Of a stretch of DNA of 64,000 bases, positions 8,189-18,900 are shown piece after piece. Each line of letters begins with the position of its first letter. Position 1 is the first letter of the stretch. A program made the position numbers and the translations under genes. A model generated the notes under the pieces. It made no database searches, had not been told where the DNA came from, and was given only the letters and a program-made list of their open reading frames with translations. Origin of the DNA: a virus; IMG/VR virus record IMGVR_UViG_3300045988_100686, positions 1 to 64,000 of that record; one strand, given 5' to 3'.

Positions 8189-9043
8189 ATGCGTAAAAAT
8201 TTAATTCCTGTACTATGCAAGGCTCTTGATATGAGAGAAGCAGAGTTTAAGCTGTTTGGAAATCCTCAGGGGTTTAATGATACCCCGCTTCTGTGTAAGC
8301 ATATTAATAACTGTATTTTAGTCTGGAATGCAGACGCAGAAAGATGGTTAGAATTTCATGGCACCTTTGCTGATGCTCTTACTGGCAAGGATATGATTAA
8401 TAAAATGAATAAAAAGGAGAATAAAATGATGGACAATACTAATAGCAAATTGGTAGGATTAACTGATGCCCTGACTCTTAAATTTACACAAATGCTGGAA
8501 AATCATGTGAGTGAAGAATCGAATATTTTATTGACAACCATGTTGACACTTATTGCAGAACATTATGGTGAAGTCGCTAACTTTAAAAACATTTATGATG
8601 AGATTAAGTATAAACATGATGATCTCACTGTTGTTAGGTTTGGATACTCAATAGTTGATCCCTATAAAGCATCTTTATCAGATTTGTTTATATGTATTAC
8701 CGATAGCAATGGTGGTGCAACCTCTATTAATTTTGTAGCTGACATAGATCCATCAGCATATGATCTTGATGATGTACAACTCTGTGTTATTGTGAGTCTT
8801 GCATTTGCTGTCGTTAATACACTTACAAAGTACAGGGAACGTGATGAGAAAATAAAGAGCAACCGTAAGCAGGAACAGGAAAAGAAAGAATACAAAAGCT
8901 ATGCTGAAAAAACCTTAGAAGATGTTCTTGAAGAATTATTTAAGGTAAAAACCATTGTATCTATCTCTGTCAAACTTAACAATGGTGATGAAGTTACAAT
9001 TAATTTAAGCGATAAGCAGAATACTTGTAAAGTTGAAAAATAA
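8189..9043 (+). CDS. hypothetical early protein
   Basis: ATG at 8189, 8 nt after AAAAGGAG. The track start at 8180 is an in-frame GTG. Confidence 0.55.
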   Translation: MRKNLIPVLCKALDMREAEFKLFGNPQGFNDTPLLCKHINNCILVWNADAERWLEFHGTFADALTGKDMINKMNKKENKMMDNTNSKLVGLTDALTLKFTQMLENHVSEESNILLTTMLTLIAEHYGEVANFKNIYDEIKYKHDDLTVVRFGYSIVDPYKASLSDLFICITDSNGGATSINFVADIDPSAYDLDDVQLCVIVSLAFAVVNTLTKYRERDEKIKSNRKQEQEKKEYKSYAEKTLEDVLEELFKVKTIVSISVKLNNGDEVTINLSDKQNTCKVEK

Positions 9044-9066
9044 TATTAAAAAAAAGGAGTAAGACT

Positions 9067-9717
9067 ATGCAAATTTATGATTCGCTTCCATCCTTTGCAG
9101 ATGCAAGGGATTCACTGCTAAATATAATTGAGGATGCAAATGTTAGTTTTGATCCTCAGCTGATTAACCCGTATACTCTAAAGTGTATGGAGGCATCCTA
9201 TACACCAGAGGAATTCAAGGAAATCAGTTCAATCATTGAACCCTATAAAGATAAAATTAATCCTGTTCAGTATTTACCTTTCACAGGTTTTGAGTATGTA
9301 CATTTGCCATCCTCTGATTTTCTTCTTCCAAGTAGAGCTACGGAGAACTCTGCAGGATATGATTTTTATTTGCCAATGGATATCGTTGTGCGTCCTGAGG
9401 AACCAGTATTTGTAAAATTGGGAGTTAAAGTAAAACTTCCACATGATATGGTTCTTCAACTTTACATTCGTTCATCCTTGAGCAAGAAAATGTTCTTGCT
9501 TAACGCCGTTGGTATTATTGATGCTGACTATTATAACAATACAGATAACATGGGAGAAATAGGTGCGATGCTACAAGCGTGGCCTGGACAAGAACCAATT
9601 AGTCTGCAAAAAGGTGAACGCATTGTGCAAGGCCTACTTATGCACTATTCTACTATAGACGTAGATATTCCACGTATGGTAACCAGAACTGGTGGGTACG
9701 GCAGTACAGGCAAGTAA
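9067..9717 (+). CDS. dut: dUTP diphosphatase (dUTPase) with ~75-aa N-terminal extension
   Basis: dUTPase motifs PSRATENSAGYDF, VGIIDADYYNN, GERIVQGLL and RTGGYGSTGK. AGGAG ribosome-binding site before the ATG at 9067. Confidence 0.85.
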   Translation: MQIYDSLPSFADARDSLLNIIEDANVSFDPQLINPYTLKCMEASYTPEEFKEISSIIEPYKDKINPVQYLPFTGFEYVHLPSSDFLLPSRATENSAGYDFYLPMDIVVRPEEPVFVKLGVKVKLPHDMVLQLYIRSSLSKKMFLLNAVGIIDADYYNNTDNMGEIGAMLQAWPGQEPISLQKGERIVQGLLMHYSTIDVDIPRMVTRTGGYGSTGK

Positions 9718-9775
9718 ACTAATTAATATAGGGTAGTTTGAACAGCTATCCCATATATTTATAAGGAGGGTAAAT

Positions 9776-9961
9776 ATGAAGAAAACATTTAAACCTTGCC
9801 CATTTTGTGGCAGCAAGAATATTCAGTTTGAAGACTCTGTGTATTGTGGTTCACTTCACTGTTTAAACTGTGGGGCAAGAGGTGGTTTTGCTACCAGCTT
9901 TGATAAAGAAGGCTGGCATCAGAAAGCAGAGAAAATGTGGAATACAAGAAAGGAAGAGTAA
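9776..9961 (+). CDS. Lar-family restriction-alleviation-like zinc-ribbon protein
   Basis: 61 aa. FKPCPFCGSKNIQFED...CLNCGARGG matches the Lar_restr_allev pattern (KPCPFCG ... C-x2-C). Confidence 0.6.
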   Translation: MKKTFKPCPFCGSKNIQFEDSVYCGSLHCLNCGARGGFATSFDKEGWHQKAEKMWNTRKEE

Positions 9962-9967
9962 AATAAA

Positions 9968-10336
9968 ATGCAAGAAAAGCAAACTAAAACATTTATTTGC
10001 GATATATGTGGTACTGAATATAAGGATATTAATTCCTGTAAAGAATGTGAGCAGGAACACGCTACCGTACTTGAAACAGCAGCTGTGTTTTGGCATCCAG
10101 GACTTAGATTTCCAAGATATATATACTTTAAAGATTCCACTGGCAAACTAGTTCTATTTGCGAACTCAATGACCCCGGTTAATTGTATAGCTGAGAATAT
10201 ACCGGGGAGAGACCAGAGAATGTGGAATCCACTAACGTTGTGTATACCAGAAAAACCCAGTGAATCTACACCTAAACAACCAGATACTATATGGACCAGA
10301 TTAATGGATACAATTGCTAGTTTTTGGAGGGGATAA
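9968..10336 (+). CDS. hypothetical zinc-finger protein (CDICG...CKEC)
   Basis: Track ORF with an N-terminal Cys4 motif. Confidence 0.5.
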   Translation: MQEKQTKTFICDICGTEYKDINSCKECEQEHATVLETAAVFWHPGLRFPRYIYFKDSTGKLVLFANSMTPVNCIAENIPGRDQRMWNPLTLCIPEKPSESTPKQPDTIWTRLMDTIASFWRG

Positions 10337-10337
10337 T

Positions 10338-10529
10338 ATGTTATCAAAAGAGATTCGTAGGGTTATAAAAATGCTTGGACCAGGTAAGTACTCTAAAACC
10401 CGTCATGTTAAACTTTATAGACACAAATGGGCTAAACGTGGCACGCGATTAAAAATAAATACATATGTCAATAATATGTTTAAGGTAGGTGTTCCGTATG
10501 ACAGTCATCGATGGAATAGTAGCATGTAG
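10338..10529 (+). CDS. small basic hypothetical protein
   Basis: ATG at 10338 after GGAGGGG. The track start at 10314 is unlikely. Confidence 0.4.
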   Translation: MLSKEIRRVIKMLGPGKYSKTRHVKLYRHKWAKRGTRLKINTYVNNMFKVGVPYDSHRWNSSM

Positions 10530-10612
10530 TATATTATTATTGGGAATATATGCTTTCTTTGAGTTTTTGACGTGGAACTGTCCAGATCATACGCGTACTA
10601 GGAAGTGAAATA

Positions 10613-11050
10613 ATGAAAGAGCATTATGACAAAACACCAAACGGAGATTTCTCTCCTACTCGTAGTGCGCACTTTATGCAACAAGTAGTGGAGTTTAACT
10701 TTCAACGAATGCGTAGATTTAATAGCTCTAGCATCGACAATTTCCCAGCCAAAAACACAGGAAAGCCAGCAAGACAACCGTATTTTATCAAGACTCCTAA
10801 TGAGATACGATACTTTAGTGATATGCATCAATCATGTGACTGCTGTGGAAAAAGTCTTAATCCATTGACAGTTTCACCAATGTGTTCTACATTATGTGAA
10901 GAATGTTTGCATAGATTAAAAACTTATGTAAATCTAAAGGATAACCTTGATGCAAATGCATTTCTTCATGCAAGTAGCTTGGTATCAGTGAATATACGCG
11001 GAAATAATTTTGAAGAGGACAACCTAGTCCTAAAGGTATTAGGTGACTAA
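10613..11050 (+). CDS. hypothetical Cys-rich protein
   Basis: Track ORF with the CDCCGKSLNPLTVSPMCSTLCEEC cluster. Confidence 0.5.
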   Translation: MKEHYDKTPNGDFSPTRSAHFMQQVVEFNFQRMRRFNSSSIDNFPAKNTGKPARQPYFIKTPNEIRYFSDMHQSCDCCGKSLNPLTVSPMCSTLCEECLHRLKTYVNLKDNLDANAFLHASSLVSVNIRGNNFEEDNLVLKVLGD

Positions 11051-11055
11051 AAAGA

Positions 11056-11100
11056 AAGGCTCGGAGGAACTACCTCCGGGCCATTTATTTGTAATATTTT
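11056..11100. terminator. bidirectional rho-independent terminator
   Basis: Hairpin GGCTCGGAGG-AACTA-CCTCCGGGCC at 11058-11082, flanked by T-rich tracts on both strands, between convergent genes. Confidence 0.75.
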
Positions 11101-11291
11101 TTTTTAGCTAATATACTAACAGCATAGACACCATCTCTACATTTATTAGCATGATCTTCATATGCTACAAAGTGTCCATCCTGAGTAAGCTGTTTAGCTA
11201 GTGCTGTAGCACTTGTTTTCGCTTGTTCCTCTGTGTTCCCAAAAGCACTATATAGTGTTGCAGCTGAATCATGTAAACCCAGAACTGTCAT
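11085..11291 (-). CDS. small hypothetical protein
   Basis: 68-aa ORF ending at the bidirectional terminator. Confidence 0.45.
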   Translation of the reverse strand: MTVLGLHDSAATLYSAFGNTEEQAKTSATALAKQLTQDGHFVAYEDHANKCRDGVYAVSILAKKKYYK

Positions 11292-11296
11292 TGCTC

Positions 11297-13144
11297 TTAC
11301 CTCACATCATCGTTATTCATTGCAAGAGTTTTAGAAATAATAGTATTTGTGTATTCTTTGATTCTATCTTGTATAGTAGTATCAAAAAAAGTACTACCAT
11401 CGCCATTTTTTAGCCAAACATAGTTGTCTTCTTCCACAACTGTAGCTCCATCTGCTACATCTTTTAGATAATCGTCAAAAGATGTAGTCTCTCTCCAAAT
11501 CTTGCGTAAAGATTGAGTTACATAAGTTTTGTCGGTACCATAGTTATTCATAAGCCCAGGAATATCATCATTTGTTACAGGAGTTACAGATTCCCCTAGC
11601 ATATCTTTATATGTCTCTGCTAGCTTATCTGTATACTCTGATTCTACTATGGGATACGCTCCGGGACTCTGTTCAGTGTCGGAGTGACCACAATTAAATG
11701 TTACAGATGTAGTCCAGGACCTATCTGTTAGATTATGGGCTACGTTAGTTACATATCCATAGATATTAAGTCCATTCTCAGTAGTTTCTATGCTTGCCAT
11801 TGGAAACCCAGGAACAATGTAAGGATTGAAGTAGCATTCTAAACTCCCGCTTCTAGTAACATATCTCTGTCTAGCGAGTTCATACCTTGCTAATGCTGCA
11901 ATTGTTTGACCAATGCCGTTTAGCCTATCTACACCAGCACCTATAGACATTACGTAGTTTTCATCATCTCCAGATTGTTGGTTTTGCTTAGACTTAAGAA
12001 AGAGATAAATATCTGCACCCTTGTTTACATTGCTTACACGTATACCATTTCGCTCCTCAAATGCTGTAAGGTTCAGCACTGGATGACTCTTATCCGTTAA
12101 TGTAGATGGTGCTGGGTTTCCTGCCGTATCTTTATTCTGGTCTCCAAAAGATGTAATAAAAGTTGAGTACTTAGGTAGTCCATTTTTTTCACCTTCTAAC
12201 TTTGTTTCTTCAGTAAACATCATACAAGTAAGCGTAAATGGGGCTCCTGATTGTCCAGAGATCTCACCAATTGGATCAGTAGTCTGCAGTAACCGTGTTG
12301 GTTGTTCCTTATACGGGTTTGTATAGCTAATTTGCGACTTTAAGTTCGGAAACATCAGATTACAGGATGGTGCATTTACAAATAGTGTTTCTGGCTTTAC
12401 TACCATAACATAGTTATTTCGTAGATTAGGAATATAATACATTTGATGATAAAATTTATTCATGAAGTTACTCAAGTAATCATGAACTGACCACATTCCA
12501 TCCTCATTAAATGTTTGATTTGCTTTAGACTTAAATGCTAAGCTCTCTGCGAAAGACGCAAAACTCATTATTCCATAGTCTGTAATAAGATCACTAGGAA
12601 CACCTGCACCTGTAACTTGTGCCCCAGACTGAAGTGTATTAGGTGAAGTATTTCCACCCTTGTTTTCTAACTTCGTATCACTGGTTATTTTCCCTTCGCT
12701 GCGCCCATGCGCTTTTTGAGTGCTATTAAGAGTATCTCCACGTTGTAACCATGAATTAGAGAATGTTGACCCTTGGTGAATATCATACTGGTTTCTGAAA
12801 CTTTGTGCATCTAAGTCACCATCTACTTTAGTGCCTGGAGGATATACAGTAACTGTATTTCCATACGTATGTCCTCCTTGAACAGCTTCAGCCTTTGTCC
12901 AACACGCAATATCAATCTTTGTTCCATTGATAGCACTGCCTGTATCAGTCGCAAGATAGTTTCGTCCGTTTATTTTTACAATGGATCCAAGTGGAATCTT
13001 GTTTGGATCAACAGCTATCGTTCTGCCTGGTACCGCAGGAGAATTATCTGCAGATATTGCATCACCACTAGGTTTTGTTTCTGCAGGATTATTATATGTA
13101 TAGTGAGTAAACTCTACGTTGTTAAGTGTATACGGTTGTGCCAA
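11297..13144 (-). CDS. tail-associated peptidoglycan hydrolase with N-terminal 3D domain
   Basis: TIAVDPNKIPLGSIVKINGRNYLATDTGSAINGTKIDI matches the 3D-domain signature (VAVDP-IPLGS...DTGGAI-G-IDI). Confidence 0.65.
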   Translation of the reverse strand: MAQPYTLNNVEFTHYTYNNPAETKPSGDAISADNSPAVPGRTIAVDPNKIPLGSIVKINGRNYLATDTGSAINGTKIDIACWTKAEAVQGGHTYGNTVTVYPPGTKVDGDLDAQSFRNQYDIHQGSTFSNSWLQRGDTLNSTQKAHGRSEGKITSDTKLENKGGNTSPNTLQSGAQVTGAGVPSDLITDYGIMSFASFAESLAFKSKANQTFNEDGMWSVHDYLSNFMNKFYHQMYYIPNLRNNYVMVVKPETLFVNAPSCNLMFPNLKSQISYTNPYKEQPTRLLQTTDPIGEISGQSGAPFTLTCMMFTEETKLEGEKNGLPKYSTFITSFGDQNKDTAGNPAPSTLTDKSHPVLNLTAFEERNGIRVSNVNKGADIYLFLKSKQNQQSGDDENYVMSIGAGVDRLNGIGQTIAALARYELARQRYVTRSGSLECYFNPYIVPGFPMASIETTENGLNIYGYVTNVAHNLTDRSWTTSVTFNCGHSDTEQSPGAYPIVESEYTDKLAETYKDMLGESVTPVTNDDIPGLMNNYGTDKTYVTQSLRKIWRETTSFDDYLKDVADGATVVEEDNYVWLKNGDGSTFFDTTIQDRIKEYTNTIISKTLAMNNDDVR

Positions 13145-13155
13145 TGTTACTCACC

Positions 13156-14679
13156 TCATTTCAAATCATTAACAGCTATATAACCTGTTATCTTATGATT
13201 AAAACTTGTAGCAGTTGAAGGATCATGCAACGTCCTGCCACCATTGTAAGATGCCGCATAATTACCACCATTTCCATCACAGATTACAATATGGTTCAAG
13301 TCGTCTTCGACAACAATTCCATCTCCTGCACGCGGAACATATGAACCATCTGCGTCATGCCAAATATTTTTTTGGCGAGCTTCTTGCACCATAGATGGAA
13401 CAAAAGAAGAATCCCATTCAATACCTGCAGCATTCCAGCAAGTTTTAGTGTACATGGCACAGTCTGTAGCTGAAACACCATCTCCACCTAGTTTATAAGG
13501 TATTCCAAGTTTTGACTTAGCAGCATTTATTATTGCAAAACTTCTCGGCCCAGCCCCACCCGTGCCAACTTCTCCGTTAGCAATGAATTGCTTATATTGT
13601 ACTCCCTCAGATGATACTTTTACTCCTTCAGTATTTTTATAGTAGGTGGCAGGAGCTCCTCCACCAATATTATAAAATGGATCATTACTGCCGCTGTTTG
13701 CTGAGTAATTCTTCCCTTCCAGATCAGCAGGAAGTAACGCTGCATTTTTTGCAGTATCTGACACCCCATAAATTCTGTTAAGAATTTTGTAGCCATTAAC
13801 ATCGTTGCCGAGCTTTGACCAATACCACTTGCTTACGGCAGATGCATCTTTATACCCCTCTAAAATCTGTCGAAGAATACGGTATGTTAAATCAGCCATG
13901 CTTTTGTATTCTTTCCCTTCAATGATTTTACTAACTTGAGATATTTGTACCTTATTCATACCAGAAATGGTCTTAAATACAGTTTGGCCGATCATCTCGT
14001 AATCCTTCATGTAAAGATACTGAGCTGCTGCTTGGTTAACTATTTGCATAAGAGTCAAATATGCACTACTATGAATAGCATGAATAGTCAAATATGCTCC
14101 TGATGAATCAATTGAGTACGATATGGCGCTTAGCTCACCATCAAATAATAGTCTCCATTTATATATACCATTAGAATCCGGCATAAGATCTTTGTAAATT
14201 ATGTGAACCTTTGTTGTCTCTGGTAAATCACGCATAAAAGACGCCGCTGGTACAGTTATGGTAGCAGATGGCGGGCTTGTAACGCCATAGGATACTGCAG
14301 CAGCTGAATGTGGTACTTGTACGCCTTCTAAAAATACCTTCGTATCTACATAAAATACATTGGTGTCTGTGAAAGCCTGTGGCTTCGCCGCATCAGTTGT
14401 TGTTGACGCTGTTGTATTAGTGTTAGAAGCTGTTTTACTACTTACTTTAGGAATGGCATTTGCCTTTGCAGTGTCTACTGCGGCTGTAGATTTAGCAGTG
14501 GATAGTCGTGGTTCTGAAGCATGAGATGTAGACGTTGACTTACTACTGCTCAGTTCTTCTTGCTTTTTAAACACATACCCAGTGTCAGCTGCTTGTTGCT
14601 GTATTTTTTTCTCTCGTTCAACTATACGTTGTTGGCGAGCTTTTTCGTTAGCAGATAAGTTTGTAGGCTGAAAACTCAA
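13156..14679 (-). CDS. NlpC/P60-family cell-wall endopeptidase (tail lysin) with Ser/Thr-rich N-terminal region
   Basis: C-terminal GIPYKLGGDGVSATDCAMY...NHIVICDGNG gives the NlpC/P60 Cys and His positions. Confidence 0.65.
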   Translation of the reverse strand: MSFQPTNLSANEKARQQRIVEREKKIQQQAADTGYVFKKQEELSSSKSTSTSHASEPRLSTAKSTAAVDTAKANAIPKVSSKTASNTNTTASTTTDAAKPQAFTDTNVFYVDTKVFLEGVQVPHSAAAVSYGVTSPPSATITVPAASFMRDLPETTKVHIIYKDLMPDSNGIYKWRLLFDGELSAISYSIDSSGAYLTIHAIHSSAYLTLMQIVNQAAAQYLYMKDYEMIGQTVFKTISGMNKVQISQVSKIIEGKEYKSMADLTYRILRQILEGYKDASAVSKWYWSKLGNDVNGYKILNRIYGVSDTAKNAALLPADLEGKNYSANSGSNDPFYNIGGGAPATYYKNTEGVKVSSEGVQYKQFIANGEVGTGGAGPRSFAIINAAKSKLGIPYKLGGDGVSATDCAMYTKTCWNAAGIEWDSSFVPSMVQEARQKNIWHDADGSYVPRAGDGIVVEDDLNHIVICDGNGGNYAASYNGGRTLHDPSTATSFNHKITGYIAVNDLK

Positions 14680-15932
14680 TCATAGCTCCCCCTTCCTATT
14701 TTCCCGGAGAAATATCGTTTTCCATAGGATTTCCCTGTCAATACATTCAGTGCACCATGAACCTGATTGGTAACTGCTAGGGTTTTGTTAACTGTTTGCA
14801 TAGTTTTACTGTTCAATACAGAGTTTATCCCTTCTTGAACGCTTTGTACAAAGCTTTTCTTTTGACTTGCCTTGCCTACTTCTTTAGGATCTTTGGTTGT
14901 TTCTTTCTGTATCTCTGCGATCTTAGTGTCTGTAGATTCATTGTTTTTTACCTCTTCAACCGTGTTTTTTGGTTCAGTTACTGTCGTGCTATACCCATAT
15001 GCCTTATTTATTGGATGCTCCATTACAATAGCATTCATACTAAATGGAATAACGTTGTCTTGTTCTGAAGACAAGGACGCAGTAAACGAAATCGGATAGC
15101 ACTTGTAAGAACTAAAATCTGGAAACACCAAGTTCAACCAGCATCTATACTTAGCTAGTCTACTTGCACGCAGAAAATAACGATATGCATTGATAAACGC
15201 GAGAAACCAAGAGTTATCTCTACTTCCGTCAAATGGGAGGTATCCTGATATACTTACTACTTGTGGTTCTTGCCCTGCAAAAGTAGCAGCAAAGGAGTCC
15301 CCAACAGTAGGCATGATATGCTGTTTCTCCTGCATGTTTTCCTGTAGAGATAAAATGATTATACTAGTGTACCTATCAATTAACTGGTTGTACACTGCCT
15401 GTAAAACAGTTTGATCTTCACCTGAAATAGCTTCCGCGAGACCTGCAGTTTCTCCCTGGATTTGCATGTATGCACGTCGGGAATCATCATCAGATCCATC
15501 TATAAAGGTGAAATCTATAAGTCTACCAGAGCCCCTAGAGTACTTTGTACTAAGAGCCTGTGCAGCTGCACTCGCTTCTATAGCAGTATCAATACTTGAT
15601 GTAAGTGCTGCGACTGTTTCTTGAGTAGTAGTACTCATTGCTGCTTCAGCTTCAGAGGTTGTTCCATCACTTAATGTGTATGATTGATACGGGCTTCCAT
15701 TCCTATCTGCAGTACGATTGCCAGTTATATTCTGACTAATCATACCGTTAACAGCTTCAACTTCAGACTTTGATTTCAGTGTGCTATTGGTCATGCCCAT
15801 GAAATTAAAGTACTCAAGTTCGTCCTTTGTAACTTCTTGGTATTCATTAATTCCAACAGGTTTATACTTGCCAGTACCGGATCCTGAAGTAGCTGATACT
15901 ATATTTGTTGTATTACTTTTTAATATTGCCAT
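14676..15932 (-). CDS. hypothetical tail protein
   Basis: 418-aa ORF, 4-nt overlap with the downstream lysin gene. Confidence 0.5.
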   Translation of the reverse strand: MAILKSNTTNIVSATSGSGTGKYKPVGINEYQEVTKDELEYFNFMGMTNSTLKSKSEVEAVNGMISQNITGNRTADRNGSPYQSYTLSDGTTSEAEAAMSTTTQETVAALTSSIDTAIEASAAAQALSTKYSRGSGRLIDFTFIDGSDDDSRRAYMQIQGETAGLAEAISGEDQTVLQAVYNQLIDRYTSIIILSLQENMQEKQHIMPTVGDSFAATFAGQEPQVVSISGYLPFDGSRDNSWFLAFINAYRYFLRASRLAKYRCWLNLVFPDFSSYKCYPISFTASLSSEQDNVIPFSMNAIVMEHPINKAYGYSTTVTEPKNTVEEVKNNESTDTKIAEIQKETTKDPKEVGKASQKKSFVQSVQEGINSVLNSKTMQTVNKTLAVTNQVHGALNVLTGKSYGKRYFSGKIGRGSYD

Positions 15933-15944
15933 AATTAGTGATTG

Positions 15945-18900
15945 TTAATTTCTGGAGAATATCTCTCTTATCCATTTAGGGGTATATATAGGTTTTTGTT
16001 GATCCGCTAGTGTTCCTTTATTCTCAGGCTTGGTTGGCTTGTCTGTATTTTTTTCAACACTTTCACGAGCATCCTTGATTTCAGTATCACTGACCACACG
16101 TACTCGCAACCAGTTTTTACCGTCTTTACCTTGTTCAATAGCAGTATCAACTGCAGTTTTCATAACCTGGGCAGCATCCTGTTTCTTTTGCTGTACCCCG
16201 CCGCCTTCTCTAGCAGCAGCCAACATGGTATCCTGTACGATTGTTAAAGCCCTGTTTTGATCAGTTATTGTACCTCGTTTATGACCAAGTCTATCCTCTA
16301 GTTCCTCGTTGCTTAAGTTCTTTAATTCTTCTGCACGCTTTAAAAACGCAGAGGCAGTTGAGTTATGTGCTGTAAATCCGCCTTTATCAAGGAAACGCTT
16401 TGCCTCATCATTAGTCATTGTAGAAATTTGAGACTGTGTTATACCTGATATACCAAAATCTGCTACTTTAGCATCAATATCTTGATTGAATTTCGCAATC
16501 AGAGCAGCCTTAAAACTATCGGAATACTTTTTACCTGTATAGTCTACCTTTACTCTTTTTTTGCCAAATTTAGCAACTTTTTCTGCCTCATCTCCAAGTA
16601 CTGCAAGAACAGCTTGGTTCCGGCTTAATTCATTAATGTTTCGTATTTTGGATAAATCCGTTTCGCCGTTGGAAATATCTGTAAGTGCTTCTAAGAAAAG
16701 ACTTATTTGATCTGAGCTTTTTAGAGAACGACCAAGAGTTTCTAGTTTTTTTGGATCCAAACCTATATCATTCATTAATTTCATCCCAGCATCACCGTTA
16801 ACATCTATGCCAGCCATACCCTCAGGACCCATAAACTTAGATACGTTATCTAAAGAAATAACCCCCTGAGACGCATCTATAACTTTTTGGTAGTCTTTGT
16901 GGCCCACAGCACCTACAATGCCGGTTGCAGTACCATGTCCAAACATAGTCTGACTTGTTGCTGCCATTATTTGATCGGCAGTTACAGTTGAACCATCGGA
17001 CAGTCTCATGTTTCTAGCAACTTTTTCAGCTATGTCTCTAGAATTAGATGTTTTTAGTATCTCGAAAGCCTTATCCGTAGTCATATTCTTTTGATTCCAA
17101 GTTAAGTTATTTCCACGGATAGCATCTATATCTTCCATAGTTAACTTATTAGATATTTCTGATAGGCGTTTACGAGCTTCATTTCTATATGCTTCACTTG
17201 CATGTTCATCAAACCACTTTCCAGTACCAACGTATGGAAGTAGCGGGTTTTCATTGCCTTTAACATTATAGTATCTATCAAGGTCTTTTCGTGTTAAGCT
17301 TGCATCAGAGTATTTCTGTATTGCAACTTGTCCCTCTAATGCAGTTATTTTATTCTGGCTTCCAACTTTATTCCAGTAGCTAGCCATAGAGTCCTTTGCC
17401 CCTAACCAGGTTACATCTGCTAAAAAGTTATAGTCTTTAGTGTCACCAGTTGGTATTCCGTCTTGTTGTGCCATGCGTCTACTAAATCTAATGAAGTTTT
17501 TCCAACCACCAACAAATGCGTCTCCAAGCGTACTTCGTTTATCCATACGATCTAAGGCTTCTAGCCTATCCGCATTAGAAAACATTGCATTTTCATCTGG
17601 CTTATAGTTACTTTTTTGTAGGTCCTTAACAGCAGAATAGTATAGCTGTAAATCTACGCCTTCCAATGGCTTAGCTATTGCCGTACTAGTTCTGTAAGAT
17701 GTATCAAGAGCATTACTTGCAGCATCTGCAATAGATCTTGCTGGTCTTTCAATAAAAGTCTGATGTAATGCCCCTAAATTGCGTTCTATGTTCTCACCAA
17801 TGCTATCAACAAACCTTCCAAACCCTCTACCAGCCCTAGCATATTCTAGGCTACCTATTTGATATTCCTCTCTAGCTGTCCTATCTATGCCTGCTTGAAT
17901 TCTTGGGTTAAGTACTTTTAATGCTATCGCTTTAGCAGTATTTATATCTAGGCCTGGGCTTATCTGCGTTAAATGCACAGCAGCAAATGCTACCTTCTGT
18001 TCTAATGACGCATTCTTAGGTAACATTCCAAGAATATTCTTAAGTTCACTACGTAACTGTATCTCTAATAGTTTATCTAGGTCACCTTTTTCAGCAGCAC
18101 TAGCTATAATATTATTTTTTTCTGCTATAGACATAGCAATGCTACCTAGTCCGCCTTCCGTAATATTTTTAGCTGCTTGTCCTACTGCTCCCCAGTAGCC
18201 ACTATTTTCTATTGTTGCTTTATATTTTTCTAGATCAAAGCCAGTGTTTCCATTCCAACCAGCGTATAACATTGCGCCACCAATAGCACCGTTGTTTAAT
18301 AAATTAGCTTGTGTAGACAACATTTTGCCAGCTATCGCTTGAACACCACCACCTGCTGCAATTTCAGCTGGTGTAAGCATCCTTCTTTTTTCAAGCTCTG
18401 AAGTGTAAGCCAGGTTTCTTAATGCTGGATGAATGCCAACGAATGCCGGATTTCCATATTGTCCAAATGCTACTGAACTCATGGAAGCAGCTGTACTTAA
18501 TAGTGTATTTGCTTGAACACCAAGAGCTCTACCGTAGCTAAAGGCGTCTGTACCTATAGATTGAATAGCACTTATGTTACGGAAACTATTAAGACCCATG
18601 TCTTTTAGCTGTTTTACAACTTGCATGGTCTCTTGTACGTCTTTACTACCTAGAACACCGGTTAAAAACTTAACAACATTACTAGCTGCGGAAACTTGCT
18701 TAACGAGTTCCTCTGGAGTTTCACCCTGAAACATATTTCCCTGAAGCCCCATCATAGTAATATCTCTGAAACCTGACATATTTAATCTTGGTTCCAAGTG
18801 AGATGTTCTATAAAGTTCCTCATATGCTAAGTTTTCGATTCCACCAACTGCGCGCTGTGCTTCCTTCATTGTAAAAGGAGATCTAAAGCGAGCAGACATA

